DNA of 64,000 nt from Bacilli bacterium (GCA_017548925.1 JAFYYX010000001.1:360852-424851), one strand, 5' to 3'. Positions 28,888 to 38,890 are shown, counted from the first letter of the stretch. Notes: generated by a model from the letters alone, not told the origin. Numbers and translations are program-made.

Positions 28888-30000
28888 ATGAAAAAAGATG
28901 AGACTCAAAATACTTTTAAAGAAGAAAAAAAGAGTGGTAAAAAGAAAATTATAATAGGAATTATATTATTCTTATTACTTATTGGTTTAATTATCTATAT
29001 GCTTTATAGATTAGGTATTGGACCAACAGCAAAAGATAGTGTAACTATTAAAACTAAATGGGGAAGAAAATATTATAAAGAATTAAAAAATCTTGATATG
29101 AAGAAAATTCAAGAAGAATTTTTTAATATAGAATATGAAGATGTTGATGAAGTAGAAGTATATTTTCTTCATGGATATAATACAAAATATCCATTAATGA
29201 TGATAGATTTTGTAAATCATAATAAAACATATCATAGAATTGTTGCTATAAATCATAATACTTCAAAGGAAGACTTTTTATATAATGGATTTAATTCTGA
29301 TTTTGGTCTAAAAATCGTATATGATGCTGAAGTTGGTGGCCTTGATAGAACATTTAATTGGACTTTAAATGAGGGCGAGTATAAGGGTGTAAGAGAATAT
29401 TATACATTTAGATATTTAGCCCGTAGTTATTTACCATCTTCACTAATTGTTTTCCAAAAAAATGATAAATCTGATGTTTATAAAATGTATGATGTAACAG
29501 ATAAAGTAGATATAAAAAGAGCTAATAAAGCAAAATTTACATATAATTTAAAGAAAGATTCTGATAAAGATCTAGCTAAAAAAATTAATAAAGCTATCGA
29601 TGAGGTAGAATACTTAGAAGATTTATTTACCGATGAAGAACTTGCCGCAATTAAAAAAGAAGCAGAAAACAAAAAAATTGAAATAGAAGAAGGAAAAAAT
29701 AAATCTACTTCATCTAGTTCAAGTTCATCATCTAGTTCATCAAAAGCAGATAAATGTGATCCAAGTAAAAATCCAGATCATTCAATTAATCCATGTGATT
29801 GTATTGAAAGAACTAAATGTCCAGATAGTAGTTGGAGTTTAATTTGTAGTATGGAATGGTGTGAAAAGAAGATTACATCTATATCTAAAGAAAATTGTAA
29901 TGATAATGCTGCAAAAGCATATGGAACACCTGCTGCTGGTGCAACATCATGGAGTGACTATGAGGGTGCATGTATTGTTAATATAGAGGCAACTAAATAA
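28888..30000 (+). CDS. membrane-anchored protein with poly-Ser linker and C-terminal Cys-rich domain, unknown function
   Basis: N-terminal TM (IIIGIILFLLLIGLIIYMLY), globular middle, a 13-residue Ser run, then a C-terminal ~80 aa with 8 or more Cys (CDPSKNPDHSINPCDCIERTKCPDSSWSLICSMEWCEKK...NCND...GACIV). Confidence 0.5.
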   Translation: MKKDETQNTFKEEKKSGKKKIIIGIILFLLLIGLIIYMLYRLGIGPTAKDSVTIKTKWGRKYYKELKNLDMKKIQEEFFNIEYEDVDEVEVYFLHGYNTKYPLMMIDFVNHNKTYHRIVAINHNTSKEDFLYNGFNSDFGLKIVYDAEVGGLDRTFNWTLNEGEYKGVREYYTFRYLARSYLPSSLIVFQKNDKSDVYKMYDVTDKVDIKRANKAKFTYNLKKDSDKDLAKKINKAIDEVEYLEDLFTDEELAAIKKEAENKKIEIEEGKNKSTSSSSSSSSSSSKADKCDPSKNPDHSINPCDCIERTKCPDSSWSLICSMEWCEKKITSISKENCNDNAAKAYGTPAAGATSWSDYEGACIVNIEATK

Positions 30001-30029
30001 AAGTTATGACAAAAGTCATAACTTTTTTA
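30001..30029 (+). terminator. rho-independent terminator
   Basis: Stem aagttatgac pairs with gtcataactt, followed by T6. Confidence 0.7.
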
Positions 30030-30097
30030 ATTAAAATATTAATTTGATAATAAATATAATTTAGTATATAATTACTACCTAGAGAGGATAGAAAAAT

Positions 30098-32242
30098 ATG
30101 AAGGAAATACTTAAAATATTAAAGCCACTTACAATTCCTATATTGATAGCTATTCTTTTTTTATTCTTTCAAGCAAGACTTGAATTAAAACTACCTGATT
30201 ATACAGCAAATATTGTTAATACAGGTATACAGCAAAACGGAATAGAAAAAGCTATTTATAAAGAAGTATCTATTAGTACCATGAATCATCTTTTACTTTT
30301 TACTGGAAAAGATGATGAAATATTATCTTACTATCATGAAAAAGATAATTTGTATGTACTTAATAAAGATATAGGTGATACTGAAAAATTAGAAAAACTA
30401 TTATCAGATCCTATATATATTGTTGGAGCATTTGATAGTTTAAATGGTAAAACTATTAAAGAAAGTAATATCGAAGGACCTATTAATACAGAAGCACTAT
30501 ATTTATATATTTCTAGTTTAACTAAAGAAGAATTTGAAAAAGATTTTGGTAAATATATAACTAGTATGACTAGTGTTAATGATTCACTTAAAAAACAAAC
30601 TAATATATCTTATATTGTTAAAGAATATAAGAGTATTGACTATAACATTAATAAAGTGCAAATGAACTATTTACTTAAATCTGGTTTAAAGATGCTTATC
30701 ATAGCATTTATATTAATGTTAATAGCAATAGGTGTATCTTATTTATCTAGTGTTATTAGTGCTAAATTTTCTTGTAGATTAAGAGACAAATTAGTTAAGA
30801 AAATTATGACATTTTCTAAAAAGGAAAGTGAAGAGTTTTCAACTGCATCACTTATTACAAGAACAACTAATGATGTGCAGCAAGTTCAAATGTTTTTATT
30901 ATTCTTACTTAGAATAGTAATATTTGCACCTATTATGGGATTTGGTGCTTTAGCTAAAGTATCAGGTAGTAGTTTAGCTTGGTTAATAGGACTAGCTGTT
31001 TTATCAATCTTAATTGTTATTATTTTACTTTTTGCTATTGCTTTACCAAAGTTTAAAATTATTCAAAAAATAATTGATAAAGTAAATTTAATATCTAGAG
31101 AAATAATATCTGGTATTCCAGTTATTAGAGCATTTTCTAACGAAAAACATGAAGAAAAAAGATTTGATAAAGCCAATAAAGATTTAATGAATATTAATTT
31201 ATTTGTTAATAAAGTTATGGTATTTATGATGCCATTTATGTCATTTGTTATGAATACTATTGCTGTAGGCATCATATGGTTTGGATCAAAAAGTGTTGAC
31301 GCTGGATCACTACAAGTTGGTGATTTAATGGCACTTATTACATATTCAATTCAAATTATTATTTCATTTATTATGATTTCAATTGTATCTATTATTTTAC
31401 CAAGAGCAATTGTTTCATTTAAAAGAATTGTTGAAGTACTTAATAAAGAAACTTCAATTAAAGATATTGATAATCCTAAAAAGTTGAATAATAAAGATGA
31501 TTTAACTGTTAAGTTTAATGATGTATCTTTTATGTATCATGATGCTCATGAAAATGTACTTGAAAATGTTACATTTGAAGCTAAACCAAATACAGTTACA
31601 GCAATAATTGGTTCAACAGGTTGTGGTAAATCATCACTTATTAATTTAATACCAAGATTCTTTGATGTAACAAAAGGATCTATAACAATTAATGATATTG
31701 ATATTAAAGAACTATCTTTATATAACTTAAGAGAAAATATTGGTTACGTTCCTCAAAAAGGTTTCTTGTTTACAGGAACAATAGAAACAAATATTAAGTT
31801 TTCTGATAAAAAAATATCTGATGAAGATATGATTGAAGCTGCTAAAATAGCTCAAGCAACTGAATTTATTAATAAAAAAGAAGATAAATATAAAGAAGAA
31901 ATATCTGAAGGTGGAACTAATGTTTCTGGTGGTCAAAAGCAAAGACTTGCAATTGCAAGAGCCCTTGCTTTTAAACCAAAAATATTAATCTTTGATGATT
32001 CTTTTTCTGCAGTAGATTATAAAACAGATTCTAAACTAAGAAGTAGTTTAAAGAAAAATTTAAAAGGCACAACAACATTCATTGTTGCTCAAAGAATATC
32101 TACAGTTTTAGATGCTGATCAAATAATTGTTCTTGAATCAGGTAAAGTAGTAGGTATTGGTAAACATAAAGATTTAATGAAATCTTGTAAAGTTTATAAA
32201 GAGATTGCCTTATCTCAACTTAGTGAGGAGGAGTTAGCATGA
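30098..32242 (+). CDS. ABC exporter, fused permease/ATPase subunit with large extracytoplasmic insertion after TM1
   Basis: TM1 at the N-terminus, then a soluble region of ~150 aa, then 5 TM helices. NBD with Walker A GSTGCGKSS, signature VSGGQKQRLAIARA and Walker B ILIFDDSFSAVD. Confidence 0.8.
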   Translation: MKEILKILKPLTIPILIAILFLFFQARLELKLPDYTANIVNTGIQQNGIEKAIYKEVSISTMNHLLLFTGKDDEILSYYHEKDNLYVLNKDIGDTEKLEKLLSDPIYIVGAFDSLNGKTIKESNIEGPINTEALYLYISSLTKEEFEKDFGKYITSMTSVNDSLKKQTNISYIVKEYKSIDYNINKVQMNYLLKSGLKMLIIAFILMLIAIGVSYLSSVISAKFSCRLRDKLVKKIMTFSKKESEEFSTASLITRTTNDVQQVQMFLLFLLRIVIFAPIMGFGALAKVSGSSLAWLIGLAVLSILIVIILLFAIALPKFKIIQKIIDKVNLISREIISGIPVIRAFSNEKHEEKRFDKANKDLMNINLFVNKVMVFMMPFMSFVMNTIAVGIIWFGSKSVDAGSLQVGDLMALITYSIQIIISFIMISIVSIILPRAIVSFKRIVEVLNKETSIKDIDNPKKLNNKDDLTVKFNDVSFMYHDAHENVLENVTFEAKPNTVTAIIGSTGCGKSSLINLIPRFFDVTKGSITINDIDIKELSLYNLRENIGYVPQKGFLFTGTIETNIKFSDKKISDEDMIEAAKIAQATEFINKKEDKYKEEISEGGTNVSGGQKQRLAIARALAFKPKILIFDDSFSAVDYKTDSKLRSSLKKNLKGTTTFIVAQRISTVLDADQIIVLESGKVVGIGKHKDLMKSCKVYKEIALSQLSEEELA

Positions 32243-34029
32243 AAGGAAAGAAAATGAGCCTTGATAAAGCTACTAATCCAAAACTAGCAGTTAAAAAATT
32301 ACTTAACTTTATGAAACCATACTACAAATTAATATTCATTGTAATATTATTTGCAGTTGGATCAACAATCTTTGCAATTGTTGGACCAAAAATATTAGGT
32401 AATGCAACAACTGAATTATTTAGTGGCGTAATGAAAAAACTATCAGGTACTGGTGGTATTAACTTTACTAAAATAAGAAATATAATTATTCTTTTATTAG
32501 TTTTATATATAATTAGTGCTGTTTTTGCAGTTATTCAAGGACTAATTATGAATAGAGTTAGTCAAAAAACTGGTTATGAACTAAGAAAAAGATTAATTGA
32601 AAAAATGAAAAAACTTCCAATGAAACAATTTGATGGTAAATCAACCGGAGAAGTTTTATCTATTATTACAAATGATGTTGATAATTTAACCCAAGGATTA
32701 AATCAAGTTGCAACACAAATTATTTCATCTGTAATTACAGTAATTGGAATTTTAATAATGATGTTCTCAATAAATTTTGTTATGACAGTTGTATCTCTTT
32801 TAGTATTACCATTTTCACTTGTAATGATGGCATCAATTAGTAAGAAAAGTCAAAAACACTTTAAAAATCAACAAGATTATCTAGCTAAAGTAAATGGTAA
32901 CATTGAAGAAATGTATGGTGAACAATCTATTGTTAAAGTATTTAATGCAGAAGAAAAAATGATTAAAAACTTTGAAGAAAATAATAATGTGTTATATGAA
33001 TCAGCTTGGAAGAGCCAATTTTTAACAGGACTTATGCATCCAATAATGATCTTTGTAAGTAATATTGGTTATGCAGTAATAGCTCTTCTAGGTGGTTACT
33101 ATACAATTAAAGGAAAACTATCTGTTGGTAGCATTCAATCATTTATTTCATATAACAAACAGTTTACTCATCCACTTGGTCAAGTAGCTCAAATAGCTAA
33201 TATGCTTCAATCTATGATTGCATCTTCTGAAAGAGTATTTAACTTTTTAGAATTAGAAGAAGAAATCGATGATGGCAAAGTTAAACTTCCATCAAAAATT
33301 AATGGTGAAATATCATTTGATCATGTTAAATTTGGTTATGATGAAAATAAAACTATTATTAAAGACTTCTCAATAGATGTTAAACCTGGTCAAAAAATAG
33401 CAATTGTTGGACCAACAGGTGCTGGTAAAACAACTATTGTAAAACTTTTAATGAGATTCTATGAAACTAATGCTGGTAAAATTACTGTTGATGGAATTGA
33501 TATTAAAGATCTAAAACGAAATGATTTAAGAAGTATGTTTGGTATGGTTCTTCAAGATACATGGTTATTTAATGGAACTATTAAAGATAACTTAAAATAT
33601 GGTAACTTAAATGCTACTGATGAAGAAGTTATAGAAGCTGCAAAAGAAGCATATGTACACCATTTTATTGAAACCCAATCTGATGGATATAATATGATAA
33701 TTAATGAAGAAACAACTAATATATCTGGTGGACAAAAACAACTTCTAACTATTGCAAGAGCTATCCTTGCTGATCCTAAAATATTAATTTTAGATGAAGC
33801 AACTTCATCTGTTGATACTAGAATTGAAATATTAATTCAAAAAGCAATGGATAAATTAATGAAGGGTAGGACAAGTTTTATTATTGCTCACAGATTATCA
33901 ACTATTAAAAATGCTGATGTTATATTAGTGGTTAACGATGGAGAAATAGTAGAACAAGGAAATCATAAAGATTTACTTAAGAAAAATGGTTTCTACGCAA
34001 ATCTATATAATTCACAATTTACAAAATAA
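32239..34029 (+). CDS. ABC exporter, fused permease/ATPase subunit (heterodimer partner)
   Basis: 4-nt overlap with the upstream gene. Six TM helices; Walker A GPTGAGKTT, signature ISGGQKQLLTIARA, Walker B ILILDEATSSVD and H-loop IAHRLST. Confidence 0.8.
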   Translation: MKGKKMSLDKATNPKLAVKKLLNFMKPYYKLIFIVILFAVGSTIFAIVGPKILGNATTELFSGVMKKLSGTGGINFTKIRNIIILLLVLYIISAVFAVIQGLIMNRVSQKTGYELRKRLIEKMKKLPMKQFDGKSTGEVLSIITNDVDNLTQGLNQVATQIISSVITVIGILIMMFSINFVMTVVSLLVLPFSLVMMASISKKSQKHFKNQQDYLAKVNGNIEEMYGEQSIVKVFNAEEKMIKNFEENNNVLYESAWKSQFLTGLMHPIMIFVSNIGYAVIALLGGYYTIKGKLSVGSIQSFISYNKQFTHPLGQVAQIANMLQSMIASSERVFNFLELEEEIDDGKVKLPSKINGEISFDHVKFGYDENKTIIKDFSIDVKPGQKIAIVGPTGAGKTTIVKLLMRFYETNAGKITVDGIDIKDLKRNDLRSMFGMVLQDTWLFNGTIKDNLKYGNLNATDEEVIEAAKEAYVHHFIETQSDGYNMIINEETTNISGGQKQLLTIARAILADPKILILDEATSSVDTRIEILIQKAMDKLMKGRTSFIIAHRLSTIKNADVILVVNDGEIVEQGNHKDLLKKNGFYANLYNSQFTK

Positions 34030-34106
34030 AGGTGCAAGTAATTGCATCTTTATTTTTGCATATAATTTTTGATATAATACTTTATAGTGAAGGTAGGTTA
34101 TATAGC

Positions 34107-34970
34107 ATGATTAAAAACATCATATTATTTATTAAAGGTTTTATTATGGGAATAGCAAATATTATTCCTGGAGTAAGTGGAGGAACACTTGCAATTATTT
34201 TAGGTATTTATGAAGATTTTATTGGAGCACTTTCTCACTTCTTTAAAAACTTTAAAAAGAATTTAAAATTTATTTTACCAGTTGGTTTAGGTATGCTTGC
34301 ATCAATTGCAACAATGAGTAATGTTATAGATTATTCACTTAATCACTATACACTTGCAACAGTTTTATTTTTTGTAGGTTTAGTACTTGGTGGTATTCCG
34401 CTTCTACTTAATAAAGTTAAAGGTAAAAAAGATTCTAAAGTAGTAAGTAATGTAATAGCATTTTTAATTACATTTAGTATTGTAATCTTTATGGCTGTTG
34501 CTAAGTTAATATTCTCAACAGACTTTGCTGTAAGTTTCAGTGGAATGGGATTAATAGGATTTATTCTTTTATTCTTAGTTGGTATTTTAGCTGCTGGAAC
34601 AATGGTTATTCCTGGAGTTAGTGGATCACTAGTATTAATGCTTATTGGATACTATGAACCAGTAATTAAAACCATTAAGAATTTAGTACACTTTAATAAT
34701 CCAGCTCATAATGGATTAATAATTGCAATCTTTGGACTTGGTATACTAGTTGGTATTGTAGGTATTGCAAGATTATTTGAATATTTATTTAAAAAACATG
34801 AAACAGTTACATACTATGGTGTACTTGGATTTATCTTTGCATCTATAATTGCAATTCCAATTTCAACATTTACATCAATTTCAGTTACATTTAAAGTACT
34901 TGAACTTGTTATTGGACTTGTATTCTTACTAGTAGGTACAATAATAGCTTATAAATTAGGTGAAAAATAG
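34107..34970 (+). CDS. polytopic membrane protein with internal repeat (possibly DUF368-like)
   Basis: Two homologous halves each begin with IPGVSGG(T/S)L. ATG 34107 sits after GAAGGTAGG. The family assignment is tentative. Confidence 0.4.
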   Translation: MIKNIILFIKGFIMGIANIIPGVSGGTLAIILGIYEDFIGALSHFFKNFKKNLKFILPVGLGMLASIATMSNVIDYSLNHYTLATVLFFVGLVLGGIPLLLNKVKGKKDSKVVSNVIAFLITFSIVIFMAVAKLIFSTDFAVSFSGMGLIGFILLFLVGILAAGTMVIPGVSGSLVLMLIGYYEPVIKTIKNLVHFNNPAHNGLIIAIFGLGILVGIVGIARLFEYLFKKHETVTYYGVLGFIFASIIAIPISTFTSISVTFKVLELVIGLVFLLVGTIIAYKLGEK

Positions 34971-34995
34971 GAATTATTAATTCCTATTTTTTTCT
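34965..34995 (+). terminator. rho-independent terminator
   Basis: Stem aataggaatt pairs with aattcctatt, followed by T8. It is directly followed by TTGATA. Confidence 0.7.
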
Positions 34996-35050
34996 TGATA
35001 TTTTATTTAAATAAATATAAAATTAATAGGTATTAAAGGAAGTATTATCC

Positions 35051-35875
35051 ATGGAAAAACATTTAGAAGTAGAAAGAAGTATTATTAAAAAATTTAGAAA
35101 AGAAATCTGGTCTAAATTTACTAGGGCTATAAGAGATTATAACCTTATTTCTGATGGAGATAAAATTGCTGTATGTATCTCTGGTGGAAAAGATTCTTTT
35201 TTACTTGCTAAATGTATGCAAGAAATTAAAAAGCATGGAAAAATAGATTTTGATTTAAAATTTATTGTTATGAATCCTGGTTATAAAGAAGAAAATGAAA
35301 AATTAATTAAAGAAAATGCCAAGCTTTTAAATATACCAATTGAAATGTTTAATACAGATATCTTTGATGTTGTATATAATGTTCCATCTAAAGCACCATG
35401 TTATTTATGTGCAAGAATGAGAAGAGGACATTTATATAATAAAGCTAAAGAACTAGGTTGTAATAAAATAGCACTAGGTCATCATTTTGATGACATAATT
35501 GAAACAACTCTTTTATCAATGTTTTATGGAGCAGAAATAAAAACTATGATGCCAAAATTACATAGTGATAATTTCGAAGGAATAGATTTAATTAGACCTA
35601 TGTGCTATGTAAAAGAAAAAGATATTATTGCATGGAAAAATTATAATGAACTAAAATTTTTAAACTGTGCATGTAAATTTACTGAAAGATCACAAATTGA
35701 TGAATCTTTATCTAAAAGAAAAGAAATGAAACGATTAATCGAAGAACTTAGAAAAGAAGAAAAAGAAATAGATCATAACATTTATAAAGCTTTAGAAAAT
35801 GTAAATTTAAATTGTGTACTTGGATATAGAAAAGATGGAGAATATAAGTCTTTTCTAGATGATTATGATAAATAA
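35051..35875 (+). CDS. ttcA: tRNA 2-thiocytidine(32) synthetase TtcA-like PP-loop ATPase
   Basis: PP-loop SGGKDS (CISGGKDSFLLAKC). Cys motifs CYLCARMRRG and CACKFTE consistent with Fe-S-binding TtcA. Confidence 0.7.
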   Translation: MEKHLEVERSIIKKFRKEIWSKFTRAIRDYNLISDGDKIAVCISGGKDSFLLAKCMQEIKKHGKIDFDLKFIVMNPGYKEENEKLIKENAKLLNIPIEMFNTDIFDVVYNVPSKAPCYLCARMRRGHLYNKAKELGCNKIALGHHFDDIIETTLLSMFYGAEIKTMMPKLHSDNFEGIDLIRPMCYVKEKDIIAWKNYNELKFLNCACKFTERSQIDESLSKRKEMKRLIEELRKEEKEIDHNIYKALENVNLNCVLGYRKDGEYKSFLDDYDK

Positions 35876-35905
35876 ACTATCAGTAGAAACTGATAGTTTT
35901 TTTAA
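35874..35905 (+). terminator. rho-independent terminator
   Basis: Stem aactatcag pairs with ctgatagtt, followed by T7. Confidence 0.7.
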
Positions 35906-35977
35906 TACTAAACGAAGAGTTTATTTACTAAATATATTTTTATTTATATAATTGAAAATGTAAGGTAGGGAAAGTAA

Positions 35978-36946
35978 ATGAACTATGACAAAATAGGTGA
36001 GTTTATTGCATCTAAAAGAAAAGAAAAAAATATGACCCAAAGTGAACTTGCTAAAAAGTTAGGTGTAACTGATAAAGCAGTATCTAAGTGGGAAAGGGGA
36101 CTAGGTTGTCCTGATGTATCTATATTAGAAATATTATCCAAAGAATTAGATGTATCAATTCTTGAACTATTAAAGGGAAGAGAAATTGAAAATGAGGTTG
36201 TTAAAGTAACTGAAGCAGATGATTACATAAAAGATACATATAAAACAACAAAAAATAAATATAATGAGGAACTTAAAAAGAAGATCAGTTACATTATTGT
36301 TACCATATCAATTTTTATAATTATTATTATTGGAGTATTCAATTTTAATTCATATAAAAGAGTTACTAAAAAGTATGAAATAAATTTTGAAAGTTTCTAT
36401 AATGATGATACATATAAAGGTAAAAATACAAGTTTTAAATATAAAAAAGAAAAATTAAAAGAATACATAAATATTATTGAGAATAATAAAGGAACTCTAA
36501 CAGATGATGAACAGCAAATTATGCTAAGTACTTTAAAAGGTTTTTATAAATATTATGATGAGTGCTGGATATTTAGTATAAAAGATGGAACAAAGATGTC
36601 ATATCAAGAAGCATTTGTTAAACTAGTTAAGTCATTCTATAAATATAGTTGGCCAAGATTCACAGAAATGTTGAAATTATATAAAAATCTTACAAATAAA
36701 GAAACACCAGATGAATTAATGGTAGAAACTTTAAAGAGAAATAATGCTGAATATGAATTTACAGAAACTTATGATAATTTATTTAGAATACAATTATCTT
36801 TTGAAATAGAAGAGTATATTTATAAAATGGCGTTTGGTAATGTAGAAGATAAGCTGCAAAGTGTTGTTGAACGAAATATTGGTTATTTAACACCGTTATT
36901 AACAATGACTGAAGAAATAATGGAGGCTGCTGGTATAAATGAATAA
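35978..36946 (+). CDS. membrane-anchored XRE-family HTH transcriptional regulator with C-terminal extracytoplasmic domain (copy 1)
   Basis: N-terminal Cro/C1 HTH (MTQSELAKKLGVTDKAVSKWERGLGCPDVSILEILSKEL). Single TM (ISYIIVTISIFIIIIIGVF). About 200-aa C-terminal domain ending in LTMTEEIMEAAGINE. Confidence 0.65.
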   Translation: MNYDKIGEFIASKRKEKNMTQSELAKKLGVTDKAVSKWERGLGCPDVSILEILSKELDVSILELLKGREIENEVVKVTEADDYIKDTYKTTKNKYNEELKKKISYIIVTISIFIIIIIGVFNFNSYKRVTKKYEINFESFYNDDTYKGKNTSFKYKKEKLKEYINIIENNKGTLTDDEQQIMLSTLKGFYKYYDECWIFSIKDGTKMSYQEAFVKLVKSFYKYSWPRFTEMLKLYKNLTNKETPDELMVETLKRNNAEYEFTETYDNLFRIQLSFEIEEYIYKMAFGNVEDKLQSVVERNIGYLTPLLTMTEEIMEAAGINE

Positions 36947-37373
36947 GATATTAAAATATGTAAAATATACTTTATACGTAGTAAGTGTTTGTTTGTTTAT
37001 CACATTTGTTATTAGATATAAATTAAAACTTAGTGGTAGTTTTGATACCCAATTTACTCTTGGCCTTGCATTAATGATTGTTCTTCTACTAGTAACACTA
37101 ACTTTAAATATTATTACAGATGTTAAGAAGAAAAAAATATCTAATCTTAATGGATATAATTTTTTAACTATTATGAATTTACTTACTCTAATATTTATAT
37201 ATGGAAGAACAATCTTTGACAAGAATATTGTCTCAAATGTATTAAGAGGTATCGCATATGATTGGTATAATATCTATGGATATAAATATTGTTTATTCTA
37301 TAGTAACTTTATTTCATTATTATTTGTATTAAATATAATTTACTTCATTGCTAACGCTAAAACACATAAGTAG
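36939..37373 (+). CDS. 4-TM small membrane protein, partner of HTH regulator (copy 1)
   Basis: Start overlaps the upstream stop within ATGAATAA. Four hydrophobic segments. Conserved FDKNIVSN...YGY.Y block shared with copy 2. Confidence 0.5.
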   Translation: MNKILKYVKYTLYVVSVCLFITFVIRYKLKLSGSFDTQFTLGLALMIVLLLVTLTLNIITDVKKKKISNLNGYNFLTIMNLLTLIFIYGRTIFDKNIVSNVLRGIAYDWYNIYGYKYCLFYSNFISLLFVLNIIYFIANAKTHK

Positions 37374-37382
37374 ATTTAAAAA

Positions 37383-37411
37383 TTCTAATAGATTCTATTA
37401 GAGTTTTTTTA
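37383..37411 (+). terminator. rho-independent terminator
   Basis: Stem ctaatag pairs with ctattag, followed by T7. Confidence 0.55.
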
Positions 37412-37484
37412 GGTAAATGAAGAATCGATTTACAATTATATTATTTTATTTGTATAATCGAATTATATAGTAGGAGGATTTTAT

Positions 37485-38441
37485 ATGAACTATGAAAAAA
37501 TAGGTGAGTTCATTGCTAGTAAAAGAAAAGAAAAAGATTTAACGCAAAAAGAACTTGCTAAAAAAATAGGTGTAACTGATAAAGCTGTCTCAAGATGGGA
37601 AAGAGGGCTGGGGTGCCCTGATGTATCTATACTTGAACTTTTATCTAAAGAACTTGATGTATCAATATTAGAACTTTTAAAAGGAAGAAAAATTGAAAAT
37701 GAAGTTATCAAAGTAACTGAAGCAGATGATTATATTAAAGAATCATACAAAGAATCTAAAAATAAATTTAATAAAGAAATTAAAAAAATAGTTAATATTC
37801 TGATAATATTTCTATCATCTTTTTTGGTTTTTATAGCACTATACTTTAATGTTACATCATATCTAAGATTAACTAAAAAACAAGACATGGACTTTACCTA
37901 TGAATATGAAGATTTCAATATAAAATTAGGCCCTGGAACATCATTTTATGATAATAAAGCAAAATTAAAAAAATATATAGATATTATTGAAAACAATCAA
38001 GGAAAATTAACTGATGAAGAGTATACTAGCTTATTAAATTATTTGAAAACTGAGTATGAATTTATATCTAATTCATTTATATTCAAAGTTAATAAACTTA
38101 GATATTATTCATTTAATGATATATTTGTAAAACTTGCAAAAGATTATGATAAATATAATTTTGAACATTTGTATTTTGCTCGAATATATCAAAACTATGT
38201 AGGTGATATTTCTAACACAACATTCTATAGTGGCCTTCGTGGTGTATCAAACGCTGAAAGTGAATTTACTCTCGTGTATAATAGTAATTTCGAAAATTTA
38301 CTTTATTTTAAGATGGAAGATGATACCTTCTTATCACCACTATTTTTATTATTAGATATTGTTTCTAACCATGTATACATGCTTAATCCTATACTTGATA
38401 TGACTGAAGAAATAATGAATGGAGCTGATATCCATGAATAA
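37485..38441 (+). CDS. membrane-anchored XRE-family HTH transcriptional regulator (copy 2, paralogue of 35978..36946)
   Basis: The N-terminal 80 aa are nearly identical to copy 1 (MNYEKIGEFIASKRKEKDLTQKELAKKIGVTDKAVSRWERGLGCPDVSILELLSKELDVSILELLKG). TM, then a diverged C-terminal domain ending in LDMTEEIMNGADIHE. Confidence 0.65.
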   Translation: MNYEKIGEFIASKRKEKDLTQKELAKKIGVTDKAVSRWERGLGCPDVSILELLSKELDVSILELLKGRKIENEVIKVTEADDYIKESYKESKNKFNKEIKKIVNILIIFLSSFLVFIALYFNVTSYLRLTKKQDMDFTYEYEDFNIKLGPGTSFYDNKAKLKKYIDIIENNQGKLTDEEYTSLLNYLKTEYEFISNSFIFKVNKLRYYSFNDIFVKLAKDYDKYNFEHLYFARIYQNYVGDISNTTFYSGLRGVSNAESEFTLVYNSNFENLLYFKMEDDTFLSPLFLLLDIVSNHVYMLNPILDMTEEIMNGADIHE

Positions 38442-38877
38442 AATATTAAATATAATTAAATATGTCTTATTTATAACATCTTTTCTTTTAATTATATATT
38501 TTATTAAAGAATATAATTTAAGAGGTAAAGATGAAATAATTAAATTTACTTTTAGATTTATTACAACAATAACATTATTATGTATTGTATTTATTTTAAA
38601 TATTATAGATTTAATTAAAATTAAAAAAATAAATAAACTAAAATGTTATAATATTTTAACCATAATAGATTTAACATTCATTATTTTTATTTTAATTAGA
38701 ACTTTATTTGATAAAAGTATTGTATCTAACCAACTTAGAACAGAATTTTATGGTTATTATAATAGATATGGGTTCCAGTACTTTATGTTTTATTGTATAT
38801 TCATTATTATCTTACTCATTTTAAACATCGCTTACTTTATAGTTAACACTAAAAGAATTAAACAAAAAAAGCACTAA
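38434..38877 (+). CDS. 4-TM small membrane protein, partner of HTH regulator (copy 2)
   Basis: Same ATGAATAA start/stop overlap as copy 1. Begins MNKILNIIKYV (copy 1 begins MNKILKYVKY) and carries the shared FDKSIVSNQLR block. Confidence 0.5.
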   Translation: MNKILNIIKYVLFITSFLLIIYFIKEYNLRGKDEIIKFTFRFITTITLLCIVFILNIIDLIKIKKINKLKCYNILTIIDLTFIIFILIRTLFDKSIVSNQLRTEFYGYYNRYGFQYFMFYCIFIIILLILNIAYFIVNTKRIKQKKH

Positions 38878-38890
38878 ATAGTGTTTTTTT
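38866..38890 (+). terminator. rho-independent terminator (G-U wobble containing)
   Basis: Stem aagcact pairs with agtgttt, followed by T8. Confidence 0.45.

Noticed and set aside
29700-29750. tca/agt-rich nucleotide repeat
   Set aside because: Simply encodes the poly-Ser linker of ORF 28888..30000; not an independent repeat element.
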